IMG/VR virus record: IMGVR_UViG_3300043100_000006 | Span: 1 to 64,000 of that record | DNA: 64,000 nt | Strand: one strand, 5' to 3' | DNA from: a virus | In this document: in pieces, positions 1 to 9,211 of the stretch | Position numbering within the stretch: position 1 is the first letter of the stretch | Layout: every line of letters begins with the position of its first letter | Program-made: the position numbers and the translations under genes | The notes under the pieces: generated by a model | Told to the model about the DNA's origin: nothing | Seen by the model: the letters and a program-made list of their open reading frames with translations, nothing else | The model's database searches: none

Positions 1-125
1 CCGCGTCTGGACACGTCGCCCTGACACCTGATACATTTCGGAGCGATGGGCCAGCGCAAACGCTCAAGCAAGTCCCGGCAGCAATCTTCATCGGAGAAAC
101 GCGACATGAGATCACGAAGAGTCAT
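1..125 (-). mobile_element. IS1595-family transposase, N-terminal part (runs off window edge)
   Basis: Manual translation from ATG at 125: MTLRDLMSRFSDEDCCRDLLERLRWPIAPKCIRCQG, matching the F.DEdaCr..Le.lRWp.gp.Cp.C zinc-ribbon start of IS1595 transposases; not in the ORF track. Confidence 0.75.
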
Positions 126-257
126 TCCAGTTCCCACCAAAAAGCTAGTCGCAGAAATCAAGAAACGATTGAAAGCAAAGGTGAAGGCGGCTTAACGTAC
201 CGCCCCTGCCGGGGACTAACCGGACGCTCCGCACGCGCGGAGTTGCACGGGCGAAGA

Positions 258-545
258 TCAAGCCCAATCGCCGCTGTTGACATAACTCTGCATCGTCCTA
301 GGGCGCTCCCACCTGTAGAAGTGAATCCGCATATAGTGCGCCTCAACAGCCCGAAGCAAACAACCAAGATGAAACCTCCACAAGGTTGTTTGCCAGTACG
401 GATTTCCCGCCCGATTAAAAGAGAACTCTCCGGCCTCATTGCGCGGATCAACTCCAGCGTGCGGACTGTTTGCGGGAATCGGGTCTGGGCAATAGTGGCA
501 TTTAGTCTTGCGGGTGCTCGTGAGATAGAGGACGGCGCGTTCCAC
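258..545 (-). CDS. hypothetical protein (CxxC)
   Basis: 95-aa ORF co-oriented and tightly packed with 549..953. Confidence 0.4.
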   Translation of the reverse strand: MERAVLYLTSTRKTKCHYCPDPIPANSPHAGVDPRNEAGEFSFNRAGNPYWQTTLWRFHLGCLLRAVEAHYMRIHFYRWERPRTMQSYVNSGDWA

Positions 546-548
546 GGT

Positions 549-953
549 TCACCGCCCCTCTACCGGCAAGTAGACCTTCAATTGTTCAACGATGGCTTGC
601 AGCGCCGTTACGTTGCCATCCGTGGCGATCTGGGCGCGTTCTTCCATCTTGCTGCGCTCCTCCGGGGATTCGTACCACTTGACGAGCAACCGGACGTTTG
701 CAATCAAGATTTCCTGGGCCTTGTGAGTCTCACAGAAATGAATGTGTAGAGGGTAATTGCAGTATCCCCGGCCCTCGATGGTGCAGCCGCATGGATGGTT
801 TTTAGTGACTCCGCCTTTGATCCACTCGATTCCGAGGGAACCATCGTTCAGGGCGGGATTTGTGTTGCAGTCCTTACAGGCACTTGGGTTGCAAACCGGG
901 TTATCGCATTCGGTTCGTTTCTTCAGGTGAATACAGAACGTGCTGGTTGGCAT
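549..953 (-). CDS. hypothetical Cys-rich protein
   Basis: 134 aa, ATG preceded by GGAGG on the - strand. Confidence 0.55.
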   Translation of the reverse strand: MPTSTFCIHLKKRTECDNPVCNPSACKDCNTNPALNDGSLGIEWIKGGVTKNHPCGCTIEGRGYCNYPLHIHFCETHKAQEILIANVRLLVKWYESPEERSKMEERAQIATDGNVTALQAIVEQLKVYLPVEGR

Positions 954-973
954 TTTAGCCTCCTACCCGCTAG

Positions 974-1408
974 TCATGCGGGTTTGATTAACAACAGGAA
1001 CAGTATTGCATGTGGAACAAAACTTGTCAAGTAAATAATCGTGCTCCAGTTTCGACCTGTCCAATAGACGCCCTTGAACCCGCTCTTGTTGTCGCTACGT
1101 CTGCCCTTGTTCATGCAGTTCTGCTGCGGAGTGGAAATCCGCAGATTGTGGCGCTGATAGTTCAAAGTGTTGCGGTCCCTATGATCCACCTGCGTTCGCT
1201 TACCTGATATGCCGAGTAGGAAGCAGTTTAGATACTGAGATGGGCTGGTTTTTGTTTTGCTTCGCCGTGCGTAAATGGTCTGAATGCTACCATCTTTATT
1301 GAGCACAATATTGGCGTGCCATTTGAACTGAGAGACCAGTTCGTAATCATCATCATCGACCAACGCGATATACCCCTTGGTCAGTTGGACAGTTTTCATG
1401 GGACTCAC
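974..1408 (-). CDS. HNH homing endonuclease (HNH-AP2 type, AP2 part apparently degenerate)
   Basis: LTKGYIALVDDDDY...VDHRDRNTLNYQRHNLR...QQN...NKSGFKGVYW; the C-terminus then loses the AP2 pattern. Confidence 0.85.
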   Translation of the reverse strand: MSPMKTVQLTKGYIALVDDDDYELVSQFKWHANIVLNKDGSIQTIYARRSKTKTSPSQYLNCFLLGISGKRTQVDHRDRNTLNYQRHNLRISTPQQNCMNKGRRSDNKSGFKGVYWTGRNWSTIIYLTSFVPHAILFLLLIKPA

Positions 1409-1543
1409 CCGAATCCTTTTCGACAGTTACACGCAAGAGAGAGGCGGATTCGGGTGAGGAACACTACCTCTACGCCCTGCGTGCAACCGTCCAGACCTAA
1501 AGGTAGCAGGTAATATGTCTGCGGTTCAAGCACATTATTTCGC

Positions 1544-1575
1544 TTGCAATTATCCCCGACATTCACTAGTATTCT
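1544..1575 (+). promoter_or_regulatory. sigma70-like promoter with ATTCACTAGTATTCT box
   Basis: TTGCAA-17 bp-TAGTAT; same box as at 7798, 11287 and 22004; lies at the strand switch. Confidence 0.6.
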
Positions 1576-1624
1576 ATCTTCGCAAGCACGGCACGATGAC
1601 AAAGCAAGTCAGTCCGCAGTGAAG

Positions 1625-1656
1625 AGAGCCGACGATCGGGGCGGCTCTTTGTCTTT
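1625..1656 (+). terminator. terminator/attenuator-like hairpin in leader
   Basis: AGAGCCG-10 nt-CGGCTCT followed by TTGTCTTT. Confidence 0.5.
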
Positions 1657-1673
1657 AACAAGGAGCATTTCAG

Positions 1674-2339
1674 ATGGCGATGAAGAAGAAAGGCAAGAAG
1701 GAACCCAAAGTTCTAAGCATCAGGGCGACGGATCAAAACCCGTTACGCTGGCCAGATGGGCAAGAGCGCACATTGATTGATCGACAAACCGCGCGCAATG
1801 CCTGGAAGAAGTCTTTCGCGGAATACCGGCAAAAGATTCTGGAACGGCTGGACATATTCGGTGTGAGCGAGGTTCTGTTCTCCTACAATCTTGCGCCGAG
1901 CGACCGCCAAGACCCAGGCGTTGCGATGTACTTCTCGAAGCCTCGCAAAGAGGATTACTCATGGCAAGCAGCGCTTGGAATTGATAAACCGATGCCAACG
2001 AAAGAAGAAATTGAAGATGCTTTCAAGGCGAAGGCGCTAAAGCATCACCCCGATGAGGTAGGGCGAGGATCGGGCGGCGACATTAAACTTTGGTACGTCC
2101 TGAAAGAGCACAAGGACCGCGCTATCGCATGGGTGACCGGAAACTACACACGCGAGGGCGAGTATGCAATCGCGGTTGATCGCTGCAAGGAACCACGCTG
2201 GAACCTCCGCGCCATCTGGGAAATCCTCAAAGCGGTCGCGGTTATGGATGAATTCGGAAATCCCGGCACGCTGGAGCGGACCTTCCGCGGATTCAAAACT
2301 GCGTTACCAGCGAAGGCCAGCACAAGCAAGGAGAGTTAA
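1674..2339 (+). CDS. phage J-domain (DnaJ-like) protein
   Basis: PTKEEIEDAFKAKALKHHPD J-domain motif, plus PLRWP..RT, DPGVAMYF and AIAVD..NLRAI motifs of a phage family. Confidence 0.8.
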   Translation: MAMKKKGKKEPKVLSIRATDQNPLRWPDGQERTLIDRQTARNAWKKSFAEYRQKILERLDIFGVSEVLFSYNLAPSDRQDPGVAMYFSKPRKEDYSWQAALGIDKPMPTKEEIEDAFKAKALKHHPDEVGRGSGGDIKLWYVLKEHKDRAIAWVTGNYTREGEYAIAVDRCKEPRWNLRAIWEILKAVAVMDEFGNPGTLERTFRGFKTALPAKASTSKES

Positions 2340-2870
2340 GTGGAAACCACTCCAAAGGAACTGATAGGGCGCGCGCCAGCGCCAAAGATGCCAGAGGAAA
2401 ACACTGCCGCCGATGTGCGCCGCCTCCAGGGGCAACTCGATATCGCCACGGCCGATCTTGAGCGCAGCGAACAAAAGAACATGCGACTGGAGCGTCTTCT
2501 GTCAAAGGTGCGCCAGCAGCATGACCCGCTTTATACGATGCTGCGTATTCTTTACGGTGACCTAGAGGATGCCGGCATTGAATCGCAACCGATATCGGCG
2601 GGCATCCAATCTGGCGCTGGTACTGTTTCAAGCGCAGGGAGTGATCGGAGTAGCGAGTTCTGGGCGAAGTGGAAACTTAAATTCGGCGGCACGACTGCGG
2701 AGATCATTGATGTGCTCATCGGGCATCCGGGGATGACGATGGACCAGATTCGCATCGCTGCTCACTGCGGGCGCTCTACGGCAGAGCAGTGCACGTACAA
2801 ATTGATGGAGTTGGGGCTGGTTGTGAAAGACGGCGGCAAGTTCGGGAAGTATCGACTCAAAGAACTGTAA
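2340..2870 (+). CDS. coiled-coil + winged-helix DNA-binding protein
   Basis: N-terminal heptads; C-terminal IIDVL..HPGMTMDQI...KLMELGLV wHTH pattern. Confidence 0.6.
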   Translation: METTPKELIGRAPAPKMPEENTAADVRRLQGQLDIATADLERSEQKNMRLERLLSKVRQQHDPLYTMLRILYGDLEDAGIESQPISAGIQSGAGTVSSAGSDRSSEFWAKWKLKFGGTTAEIIDVLIGHPGMTMDQIRIAAHCGRSTAEQCTYKLMELGLVVKDGGKFGKYRLKEL

Positions 2871-2874
2871 CGCC

Positions 2875-2887
2875 TCCACCGGGTGGA
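2875..2887. repeat. TCCACCGGGTGGA palindrome, copy 1 of 11
   Basis: Other copies at 11020, 13817, 16215, 19464 (1 mismatch), 22447, 30069, 33226, 43122 (rc), 48721 and 59450 (rc). Confidence 0.95.
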
Positions 2888-2897
2888 AGGATTCGAG

Positions 2898-3491
2898 ATG
2901 AGCGAAAGGAGTAGCACAGTGGAATTTTTCTCGGGACAGAAACGCAAGCTAACCCTGGTCGATGCCAAGATCAAGCGCAACTCGGAAGATGAGAAGCGTA
3001 TCCGGCTCGACTTTGCCATGCCCCTAACCGGGCAGTCGGAAATCGGAATGCCGCAAGAGATTGGCGCGGCGATGCGGTACGTTGGCGAACTAAAGAACGG
3101 GGCCACGGAATCAAAGATTGAAACACTGCCACTGCCGCAGACGATTCAGTTCTTTGCGACGGACAGTTCGAAGCGGGCGATGTTCGCGGCGATTGCGGCG
3201 GTTGACCTGAAGGATCTGATTGTCACGCGCCCCAAGGTTTCGGAGACCGCGGACACTTCTGCGGTCGAGCTGGCGTTCCATGCCAATTTCCCTTTCGATA
3301 AAAGCATCTGGGATTTTGTGCCAGACTATCACGGCAAAGTCTTCTGGTGCCTGTTCGAGAGAACTCAAATCACGACCGCCGACGTAGTTGCGGAGAAGGC
3401 TGGCGGGGCGGTGCAAAGCGTACTGACCATGCCGGGCGATAAAGGAAAGAAAGGGAAGAGCGGGAAGGATGCGGCTGTGGGCTCGGAGTGA
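2898..3491 (+). CDS. hypothetical protein
   Basis: 197-aa ORF with ATG just after the palindrome. Confidence 0.7.
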   Translation: MSERSSTVEFFSGQKRKLTLVDAKIKRNSEDEKRIRLDFAMPLTGQSEIGMPQEIGAAMRYVGELKNGATESKIETLPLPQTIQFFATDSSKRAMFAAIAAVDLKDLIVTRPKVSETADTSAVELAFHANFPFDKSIWDFVPDYHGKVFWCLFERTQITTADVVAEKAGGAVQSVLTMPGDKGKKGKSGKDAAVGSE

Positions 3492-3682
3492 GCAGCTATC
3501 GCAAGGCCGGCGCTCAGTGGACGGAGGACGGCAAGCAATGGGTGAGCACGCCGCTGAGCATGAATCGGTATTTCGTGGTGTGGTCGCTGAATGACGGAAT
3601 CATTCCGCTCCCAGAAGATAGGCATCCCTCGAAGCCAGTAGCGTCGGATAAGCAAGCTAAGAAGATTGGATAGGAGTTGTAG

Positions 3683-4435
3683 ATGGGCACGACCGGATTA
3701 CCGTGTGTCAAGAACTGTGGATGCTTCACAGATCGCATGGTCGATATCGACGACAGCGGCCAGAAGGCTCCGATATGTATTTGGTGCGAGGATGGCGTGC
3801 CTTGCGAAGCGGCTGCTGAGAGGAACGCGCAGCCGGTGCGAAAGATTCCGCAATCGGTTATGATTCGAGTCAGCAAAGAGGACGCCGGTAAATATCCGCC
3901 ATTGCCGACAGAGAAACCAAAGCGCAAGAAGGCTAAAGTTCTCGAACCGGCGATTGTGGCAGCGGCGCCAGGTATCGCGAAGAAATTACAGGCAACGGTG
4001 CAGGACGCGATTAACGATCTGGAATCCGAGGCAGTGAGGCCGGATGCGGATCAGTGGAAACGAGGGGCGATGACAAAGAACGTTAGCAAAGATACGCTCA
4101 AAGGGTTCATTGACATAGCGGTAGCGCTGACCATGTTTAAGCAGGGTGTAAGCGTTACGAAGATTGCGAAGGAGAAGGGCTTTCCGGTCTGGCGCTTCTA
4201 CCAGTCCGCGGAGTGGGCGAAGGCGAAGGCTACGCTGGGTACACAGAAAGCGGTGCCGCGGAAGGCGACGAAATCGAGGACGGTGGCGCGGTTGCACCGA
4301 GCCGCCACGAACGGGAACGGCATTGCGCCGGTATATCTCAGCGAATCAGCGATGGATAAACTCTGGGAGGATTGTACGATTGAGGACAAGGCGGAGATGA
4401 TCACCGGGTTCATGGCAAAGGTGCATCCGGCATGA
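3683..4435 (+). CDS. hypothetical protein, N-terminal Cys motifs and possible HTH
   Basis: CxxxC/CxxC pairs; ALTMFKQGVSVTKIAKEKG HTH-like segment; AGGAG RBS. Confidence 0.65.
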   Translation: MGTTGLPCVKNCGCFTDRMVDIDDSGQKAPICIWCEDGVPCEAAAERNAQPVRKIPQSVMIRVSKEDAGKYPPLPTEKPKRKKAKVLEPAIVAAAPGIAKKLQATVQDAINDLESEAVRPDADQWKRGAMTKNVSKDTLKGFIDIAVALTMFKQGVSVTKIAKEKGFPVWRFYQSAEWAKAKATLGTQKAVPRKATKSRTVARLHRAATNGNGIAPVYLSESAMDKLWEDCTIEDKAEMITGFMAKVHPA

Positions 4436-4629
4436 GTATGGTCGCAGTTTTTGCTTGCGAGGTCTGCGGCACTGAATCTATACACGGACGATTTAAGGGC
4501 GATGAAATGTATCACGCGGCATTTCAGTGCAAGCGATGCCAAAAGCGAACGGCGCACAAGTTTACGCGGTACTCGTCGGAGGAGTTGGTTCCAGAGGGTG
4601 TACGGAAAAGTTCAGCGAGGCAGAGTTGA
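4432..4629 (+). CDS. small zinc-ribbon protein
   Basis: CEVC and CKRC; ATGA overlap with the upstream gene. Confidence 0.6.
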   Translation: MSMVAVFACEVCGTESIHGRFKGDEMYHAAFQCKRCQKRTAHKFTRYSSEELVPEGVRKSSARQS

Positions 4630-4644
4630 GAAAGGAATGGACCT

Positions 4645-4893
4645 ATGAACGCAGTAACGTTCGACAGCGTTAAGCAGATTATCGTTGAGCAGATCGGCGT
4701 GGACGCCGAAGAGGTCACGCCACAGGCGAACTTCGTCGACGATCTGGGCGCGGATTCCCTGGACACGGTCGAACTGGTTATGGCCTTTGAGGAAGCCTTT
4801 GATCTGGAGATTCCAGACGAAGAAGTAGAGGGGATTCGGACGGTGCAGCAGGCAGTGGACTATCTTGCTGCCAAGAAAATGAAACGGCAATGA
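4645..4893 (+). CDS. acpP: acyl carrier protein
   Basis: [30 protein letters not shown] with the phosphopantetheine Ser intact. Confidence 0.97.
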   Translation: MNAVTFDSVKQIIVEQIGVDAEEVTPQANFVDDLGADSLDTVELVMAFEEAFDLEIPDEEVEGIRTVQQAVDYLAAKKMKRQ

Positions 4894-5429
4894 GCGATGG
4901 GTTCGATAGTCGGGTGATGGTAACATTCCACCGCGGAGTTATAGCGTCGATCTTTCGCGAGTGCGACCGATTCGACACGCACGAGACAGGCGGTGCGCTA
5001 ATCGGAACCTATCGCGGAACTCCCAAGTCTGGAATCTCAATCACCGTTAAGGGCGTAATCGGAGCAGGTCCGAACGCATCGCGCACGGCTACCAGCTTCT
5101 TCAAAGACGGCGAATATCAAGAGCGCATCTTTCGAGAGATTGAGCGCAAGCATCCAGAGATCGAGCATTTGGGCAACTGGCACACGCACCACATGAACGG
5201 CTATCCGACACTGAGCGCCGGTGACCGCGCAACATATCACCGCAACGTGAACTCGAACAAGCACAACACGGATTTCTTTTATGCATTCCTGGTCACGGAA
5301 AGCGTCAAGCCTGGGTCGGTAGATCATCACTACCGAGTGAAGCATTTCATCCTCTACCGCGGCGATGAGGGCGAATACGAACTGGCTGCAAGCCAGATGA
5401 CTACGATTGATGAACCGGCGCTGACATGA
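4890..5429 (+). CDS. JAB/MPN+ (Mov34) metallo-isopeptidase
   Basis: ETGGALIG...HLGNWHTHH...PTLSAGD = complete E...HxH...SxxD JAMM motif. Confidence 0.9.
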   Translation: MSDGFDSRVMVTFHRGVIASIFRECDRFDTHETGGALIGTYRGTPKSGISITVKGVIGAGPNASRTATSFFKDGEYQERIFREIERKHPEIEHLGNWHTHHMNGYPTLSAGDRATYHRNVNSNKHNTDFFYAFLVTESVKPGSVDHHYRVKHFILYRGDEGEYELAASQMTTIDEPALT

Positions 5430-5935
5430 CCGATGAGTTCGACGGACCCGAACCCGAGAAGAAGCGGAAGCACGGCAAGTATCCCTACACGACCAAAAGC
5501 ATGGAATACTTGAGAGGCCTTGGGCGTGTGCCGTGGGTGGTAGAGAGACTCATTCCAACTGGCGGGCCATTCCCGAAAAAGCAGGACCTTTGGAACCTGT
5601 TCGATATCGCGTATGTGGACCCCGCGACGAATCGCGCTGGCTACGTGCAGACTACATCCTACGCGCAGCGAAGTGCGCACAAGAAAAAGATGCTGTCGGG
5701 TGAAGGCGAGACTGGCATCGTGCTACGTACTCTGCTGGCGATGGGGAATGTGGACATTGATCTCTACGGCTGGCGAAAAGACGATCACGATAAGTGGCAG
5801 GTCACTGTGGAGCGCTTGGTGCGAGCGGATGACTTACTCAGTGAGCGCATGGAGTTTGTGCTGGTGGACGCGCCGACATTCAAAGCGGTGCGAGCCCAGG
5901 CGAGGGCGAGAGAAGACGCGGCGGAAGGATTCTGA
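5426..5935 (+). CDS. PD-(D/E)XK-fold nuclease (resolvase-like)
   Basis: VVER...QDLWNLFDIAY...YVQTT pattern of phage restriction-fold nucleases. Confidence 0.6.
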   Translation: MTDEFDGPEPEKKRKHGKYPYTTKSMEYLRGLGRVPWVVERLIPTGGPFPKKQDLWNLFDIAYVDPATNRAGYVQTTSYAQRSAHKKKMLSGEGETGIVLRTLLAMGNVDIDLYGWRKDDHDKWQVTVERLVRADDLLSERMEFVLVDAPTFKAVRAQARAREDAAEGF

Positions 5936-6063
5936 GATTTGTGTTGTGCTCCAGCTCTGTCAGTGATACAACTTTAGGCAATCCGTAAACGGTTGCGAGG
6001 AGTTGGACCCCGAGCGGGCGGCAGTTCATCCCAATGGCTGCCGCCCATCCTGAAAGAAACGCG

Positions 6064-6645
6064 ATGCCGGAAAAGCAGGAAGCGAAATCGAAGCCTCGAA
6101 CGATCCGCACGATAGCCGACCTGAAAGCTACTCCCGACAAAGAGAATCCAAGAGTGCGAACGCCGCGCAACCGGAAAGTAATCGAGCACAGTTTGCGTGC
6201 GCTCGGCGCCGGACGGTCGATTCTAGCGGACGAGAACGGGCAGATCATTGCGGGGAACGGAACGGCAGAAGCAGCAGCGAAGGTAGGCATCACGAAAGTG
6301 CGAGTGGTTCCCACGGACGGGAAAGAGTTGATTGTGGTGCAGCGGTCGAATCTGACGGAGAAACAGAAGAAAGAGATGGCGATCGCAGACAACGCTTCAG
6401 CACTCTACAGCGAGTGGAGTGAAGACATCGAGGCGATGAGCGAAGGCGTTGATCTCGAACCGTACTTCACGGCGGCAGAACTGGATAGGATTGCTGGCAA
6501 AGCTACAGATGACTTTCAAAAGAAAGAGCAAGAACTGGTCGAAGGATTCGCCATCATCATCGAGGGCATCAACGAGGAGCAACAACTGAAATTGCTCGAA
6601 CGCCTAAGCGCGGAGGGACTCTCTTGCCGAGCGTTGACATTCTGA
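6064..6645 (+). CDS. ParB/Srx N-terminal domain protein
   Basis: NPR...IEHSLRALGAGRSILADENGQIIAGNGT...AIADN; alternative start at 6034. Confidence 0.85.
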   Translation: MPEKQEAKSKPRTIRTIADLKATPDKENPRVRTPRNRKVIEHSLRALGAGRSILADENGQIIAGNGTAEAAAKVGITKVRVVPTDGKELIVVQRSNLTEKQKKEMAIADNASALYSEWSEDIEAMSEGVDLEPYFTAAELDRIAGKATDDFQKKEQELVEGFAIIIEGINEEQQLKLLERLSAEGLSCRALTF

Positions 6646-7718
6646 GGAGCGTACCGATTCAGAGGACCGCTCGCGTCATGCAACTCGAGGGAATGTTTGA
6701 TCTTCCCATCGCAAAAGCTTCGGAGCAGAAATGGACAGTGCACCTGAATTTGCCAGAGGAGTGGAGCATCGGGCTTATCGTCGGCCCTTCCGGTTCAGGC
6801 AAGAGCACGATTGCTCGCGAACTGTTTGGGAAGCATTTCGTTAAGGGTTACAAGTGGGCGAAGGACAAAAGCATCATTGACTGTTTCCCGATTTCTGCCG
6901 GAATCAAAGACATTACGGGCTTGCTGTCCTCTGTCGGATTCAGTACGCCGCCATCCTGGCTCCGTCCTTTTCATGTGCTATCGAACGGCGAACAGTTCCG
7001 TGTCACGATAGCGAGAGCACTGGCCGAGCAGAAAGACCTGCTGGTGATCGATGAATTTACCAGCGTCGTTGATCGAACGGTGGCGAAAATCGGCTCTGCG
7101 GCTGTAGCGAAAACCGTTCGGCGTCGCGGACAGAAGATGATTGCCGTGTCATGTCACTATGACATTAAGCAATGGCTCGCTCCTGATTGGGTCTATGAAC
7201 CCGCGACGGATACTCTCAGCGCCGGGAGGTCACTTCGGCGTCCGTCAATCAAACTCTCAATCTTCCGCGTTCATCATAAAGCGTGGGAACTGTTCCGGCA
7301 CCATCACTATCTAGACACGGTCCTGCACAAGTCGGCCGCATGTTTCTTGGCGACATGGAACGAAGTGCCGGTCGCATTTTCTTCTTGGCTCCCACTCTTC
7401 AGTCGCATCCCAGCATATCGCGAACATCGCACAGTGTGTTTGCCGGACTTCCAGGGGGTTGGGATAGGGAATGCCGTCAGCGCCTACTGCGCCTCGATCT
7501 TTGCGGGGATGGGCAAGCGCGTATTCAGTACGACATCTCATCCGTCGATGATCACTGCCAGAGCAAAGAATAAAGCAACGTGGCGACTGTCCAGAGCGCC
7601 GAGTCTGACAGGAAAGGATGGTGGAGGGGGAACGAGTAAGCACGCGACTAGACGATTCACCGCATCATTTGAATATGTCGGGCCGAGCATGGATCGCAGG
7701 GAAGCAGCGCTATTTTAG
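6624..7718 (+). CDS. ABC-type ATPase fused to GNAT acetyltransferase
   Basis: GPSGSGKS, LSNGEQFR, VIDEFTS; C-terminal F..HHYL and VCLPDFQGVGIG acetyl-CoA motif. Confidence 0.9.
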   Translation: MPSVDILRSVPIQRTARVMQLEGMFDLPIAKASEQKWTVHLNLPEEWSIGLIVGPSGSGKSTIARELFGKHFVKGYKWAKDKSIIDCFPISAGIKDITGLLSSVGFSTPPSWLRPFHVLSNGEQFRVTIARALAEQKDLLVIDEFTSVVDRTVAKIGSAAVAKTVRRRGQKMIAVSCHYDIKQWLAPDWVYEPATDTLSAGRSLRRPSIKLSIFRVHHKAWELFRHHHYLDTVLHKSAACFLATWNEVPVAFSSWLPLFSRIPAYREHRTVCLPDFQGVGIGNAVSAYCASIFAGMGKRVFSTTSHPSMITARAKNKATWRLSRAPSLTGKDGGGGTSKHATRRFTASFEYVGPSMDRREAALF

Positions 7719-7783
7719 CTGAAACCCACGTCATGCGCGGCAAGGAAGTGGCTAAACCCTTGATTCGGTGCGCGGTATAAACC

Positions 7784-7812
7784 TTGACAGATTTAAGATT
7801 CACTAGTATTCT
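7784..7812 (+). promoter_or_regulatory. sigma70-like promoter with GATTCACTAGTATTCT box
   Basis: TTGACA-17 bp-TATTCT. Confidence 0.8.
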
Positions 7813-7846
7813 CATCTCAGTCGTAACCAACGACAGGAGACACAAA

Positions 7847-8722
7847 ATGAATCGCAACTTCCGAAGCAACTTCACTTCCAATCAACCCCTGACAATCGAA
7901 CAAATCGCGCAGTACGCGCCATCCGCCCTAGCTGTGGAGCCGCACATCTCGCGCTCCTCACGCTACGCTTACATCCCAACAATTAACATTATCGAGGGGA
8001 TGATCAAGTCTGGATTCCAGCCGTTCAAGGCGACACAGTCAATCTCAAGGATCGATGGCAAGCAGGCGTTTACCAAGCACATGATTCGCTTCCGTCATCA
8101 GGACTCAGGCCAGATTCTTGTTGGCGACTCAGTTCCTGAAGTCGTGCTGATCAACTCTCATGACGGAACAAGCGCTTACAAATTGATTGCTGGCATCTTC
8201 CGTTTTGTCTGCTCAAACGGCATGGTCGTAGCGGAGTCCACTACGGGCAGCGTAACGATCAAGCACCAAGGCAATGTGCTCGACAACGTTATCGAGGGCA
8301 GTTATCGGATTGTGGAAGACTCGAAAAAAGCGCTGGGTGCGATCAATCAGTGGTCGCACTTGCAACTCACATCTGGCGAACAGTCTGCACTTGCGGAAGC
8401 AGCCCACGTCATGCGCTTCGCTGATTCCGAAGGCAAAGTCACCACTCCGATTCTTCCCGCTCAGTTGCTTGCTCCTCGCCGTCATGATGACGCTGGGAAC
8501 GATCTCTGGCGGACGTTTAATCGCATCCAGGAGAACGTGATCAAGGGCGATCTCCACGGGCGCACCCGTTCGAGCTATGACGAGCACGGCCGATTCGTTC
8601 CTAGCCGTCGCGTCTCGACCCGCGAAGTCAAGGGCATCGATCAAGACGTTCGTCTGAATCGCGCACTGTGGACTCTTGCAGAGAAGATGGCTGAACTGCG
8701 TGGCGTCCCCGTCGCTGCCTAA
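7847..8722 (+). CDS. DUF932 family protein
   Basis: H.SRSSRY.YIPT, FTKHMIRFR, NSHDGTSAY..AGIFRFVCSNG, DLWRTFNRIQEN. Confidence 0.9.
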   Translation: MNRNFRSNFTSNQPLTIEQIAQYAPSALAVEPHISRSSRYAYIPTINIIEGMIKSGFQPFKATQSISRIDGKQAFTKHMIRFRHQDSGQILVGDSVPEVVLINSHDGTSAYKLIAGIFRFVCSNGMVVAESTTGSVTIKHQGNVLDNVIEGSYRIVEDSKKALGAINQWSHLQLTSGEQSALAEAAHVMRFADSEGKVTTPILPAQLLAPRRHDDAGNDLWRTFNRIQENVIKGDLHGRTRSSYDEHGRFVPSRRVSTREVKGIDQDVRLNRALWTLAEKMAELRGVPVAA

Positions 8723-8779
8723 TGTTAGTGTCTTGCTACTGCCCACCCGTAAAATAGTGTGGGCAGAGTGGAGGGCACT

Positions 8780-9163
8780 ATGCAACCGTTTAGCAGAGAC
8801 ACGTTGGTCGATCTCGATGGTGTCGCAGTCGTGCGCAGTCCCATGATTTATTCAGACAAGCCGGAGGAGATCGTCAATTACTATCCGACCGGGTTGCGCA
8901 CTCGGGATATGATCGAGAATTATGGCATTCCAGTTCCGGCAGAACTCTCCTATTCGACAATGGGACGATACGCGGTCATGACTGGAAAGCCAATATACGG
9001 GAATGCTCGTATTATTGAACTGCCGGATGGCGGGGCCACGAAGTGCATCAAGCAGGAGATCGTCCCGATTCCATGTCCGAAAGTTCGCAAGGGTATAGCG
9101 ACCCGATGGGCGAACTCGCGCTGGGAAAAATATCTGCAAGCGTTCGGATGGATTGCCGCCTAA
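8780..9163 (+). CDS. hypothetical protein
   Basis: GGAGG RBS, 127 aa. Confidence 0.6.
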   Translation: MQPFSRDTLVDLDGVAVVRSPMIYSDKPEEIVNYYPTGLRTRDMIENYGIPVPAELSYSTMGRYAVMTGKPIYGNARIIELPDGGATKCIKQEIVPIPCPKVRKGIATRWANSRWEKYLQAFGWIAA

Positions 9164-9211
9164 AGGTCTTTCAGAATAAAAAGTCGCTACCAGCGACAGG
9201 AGAATAAAGCA

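Noticed and set aside
7724-8416. 14-bp repeat CCCACGTCATGCGC (near 7725 and 8403)
   Set aside because: Only two copies, one inside a CDS; could be chance
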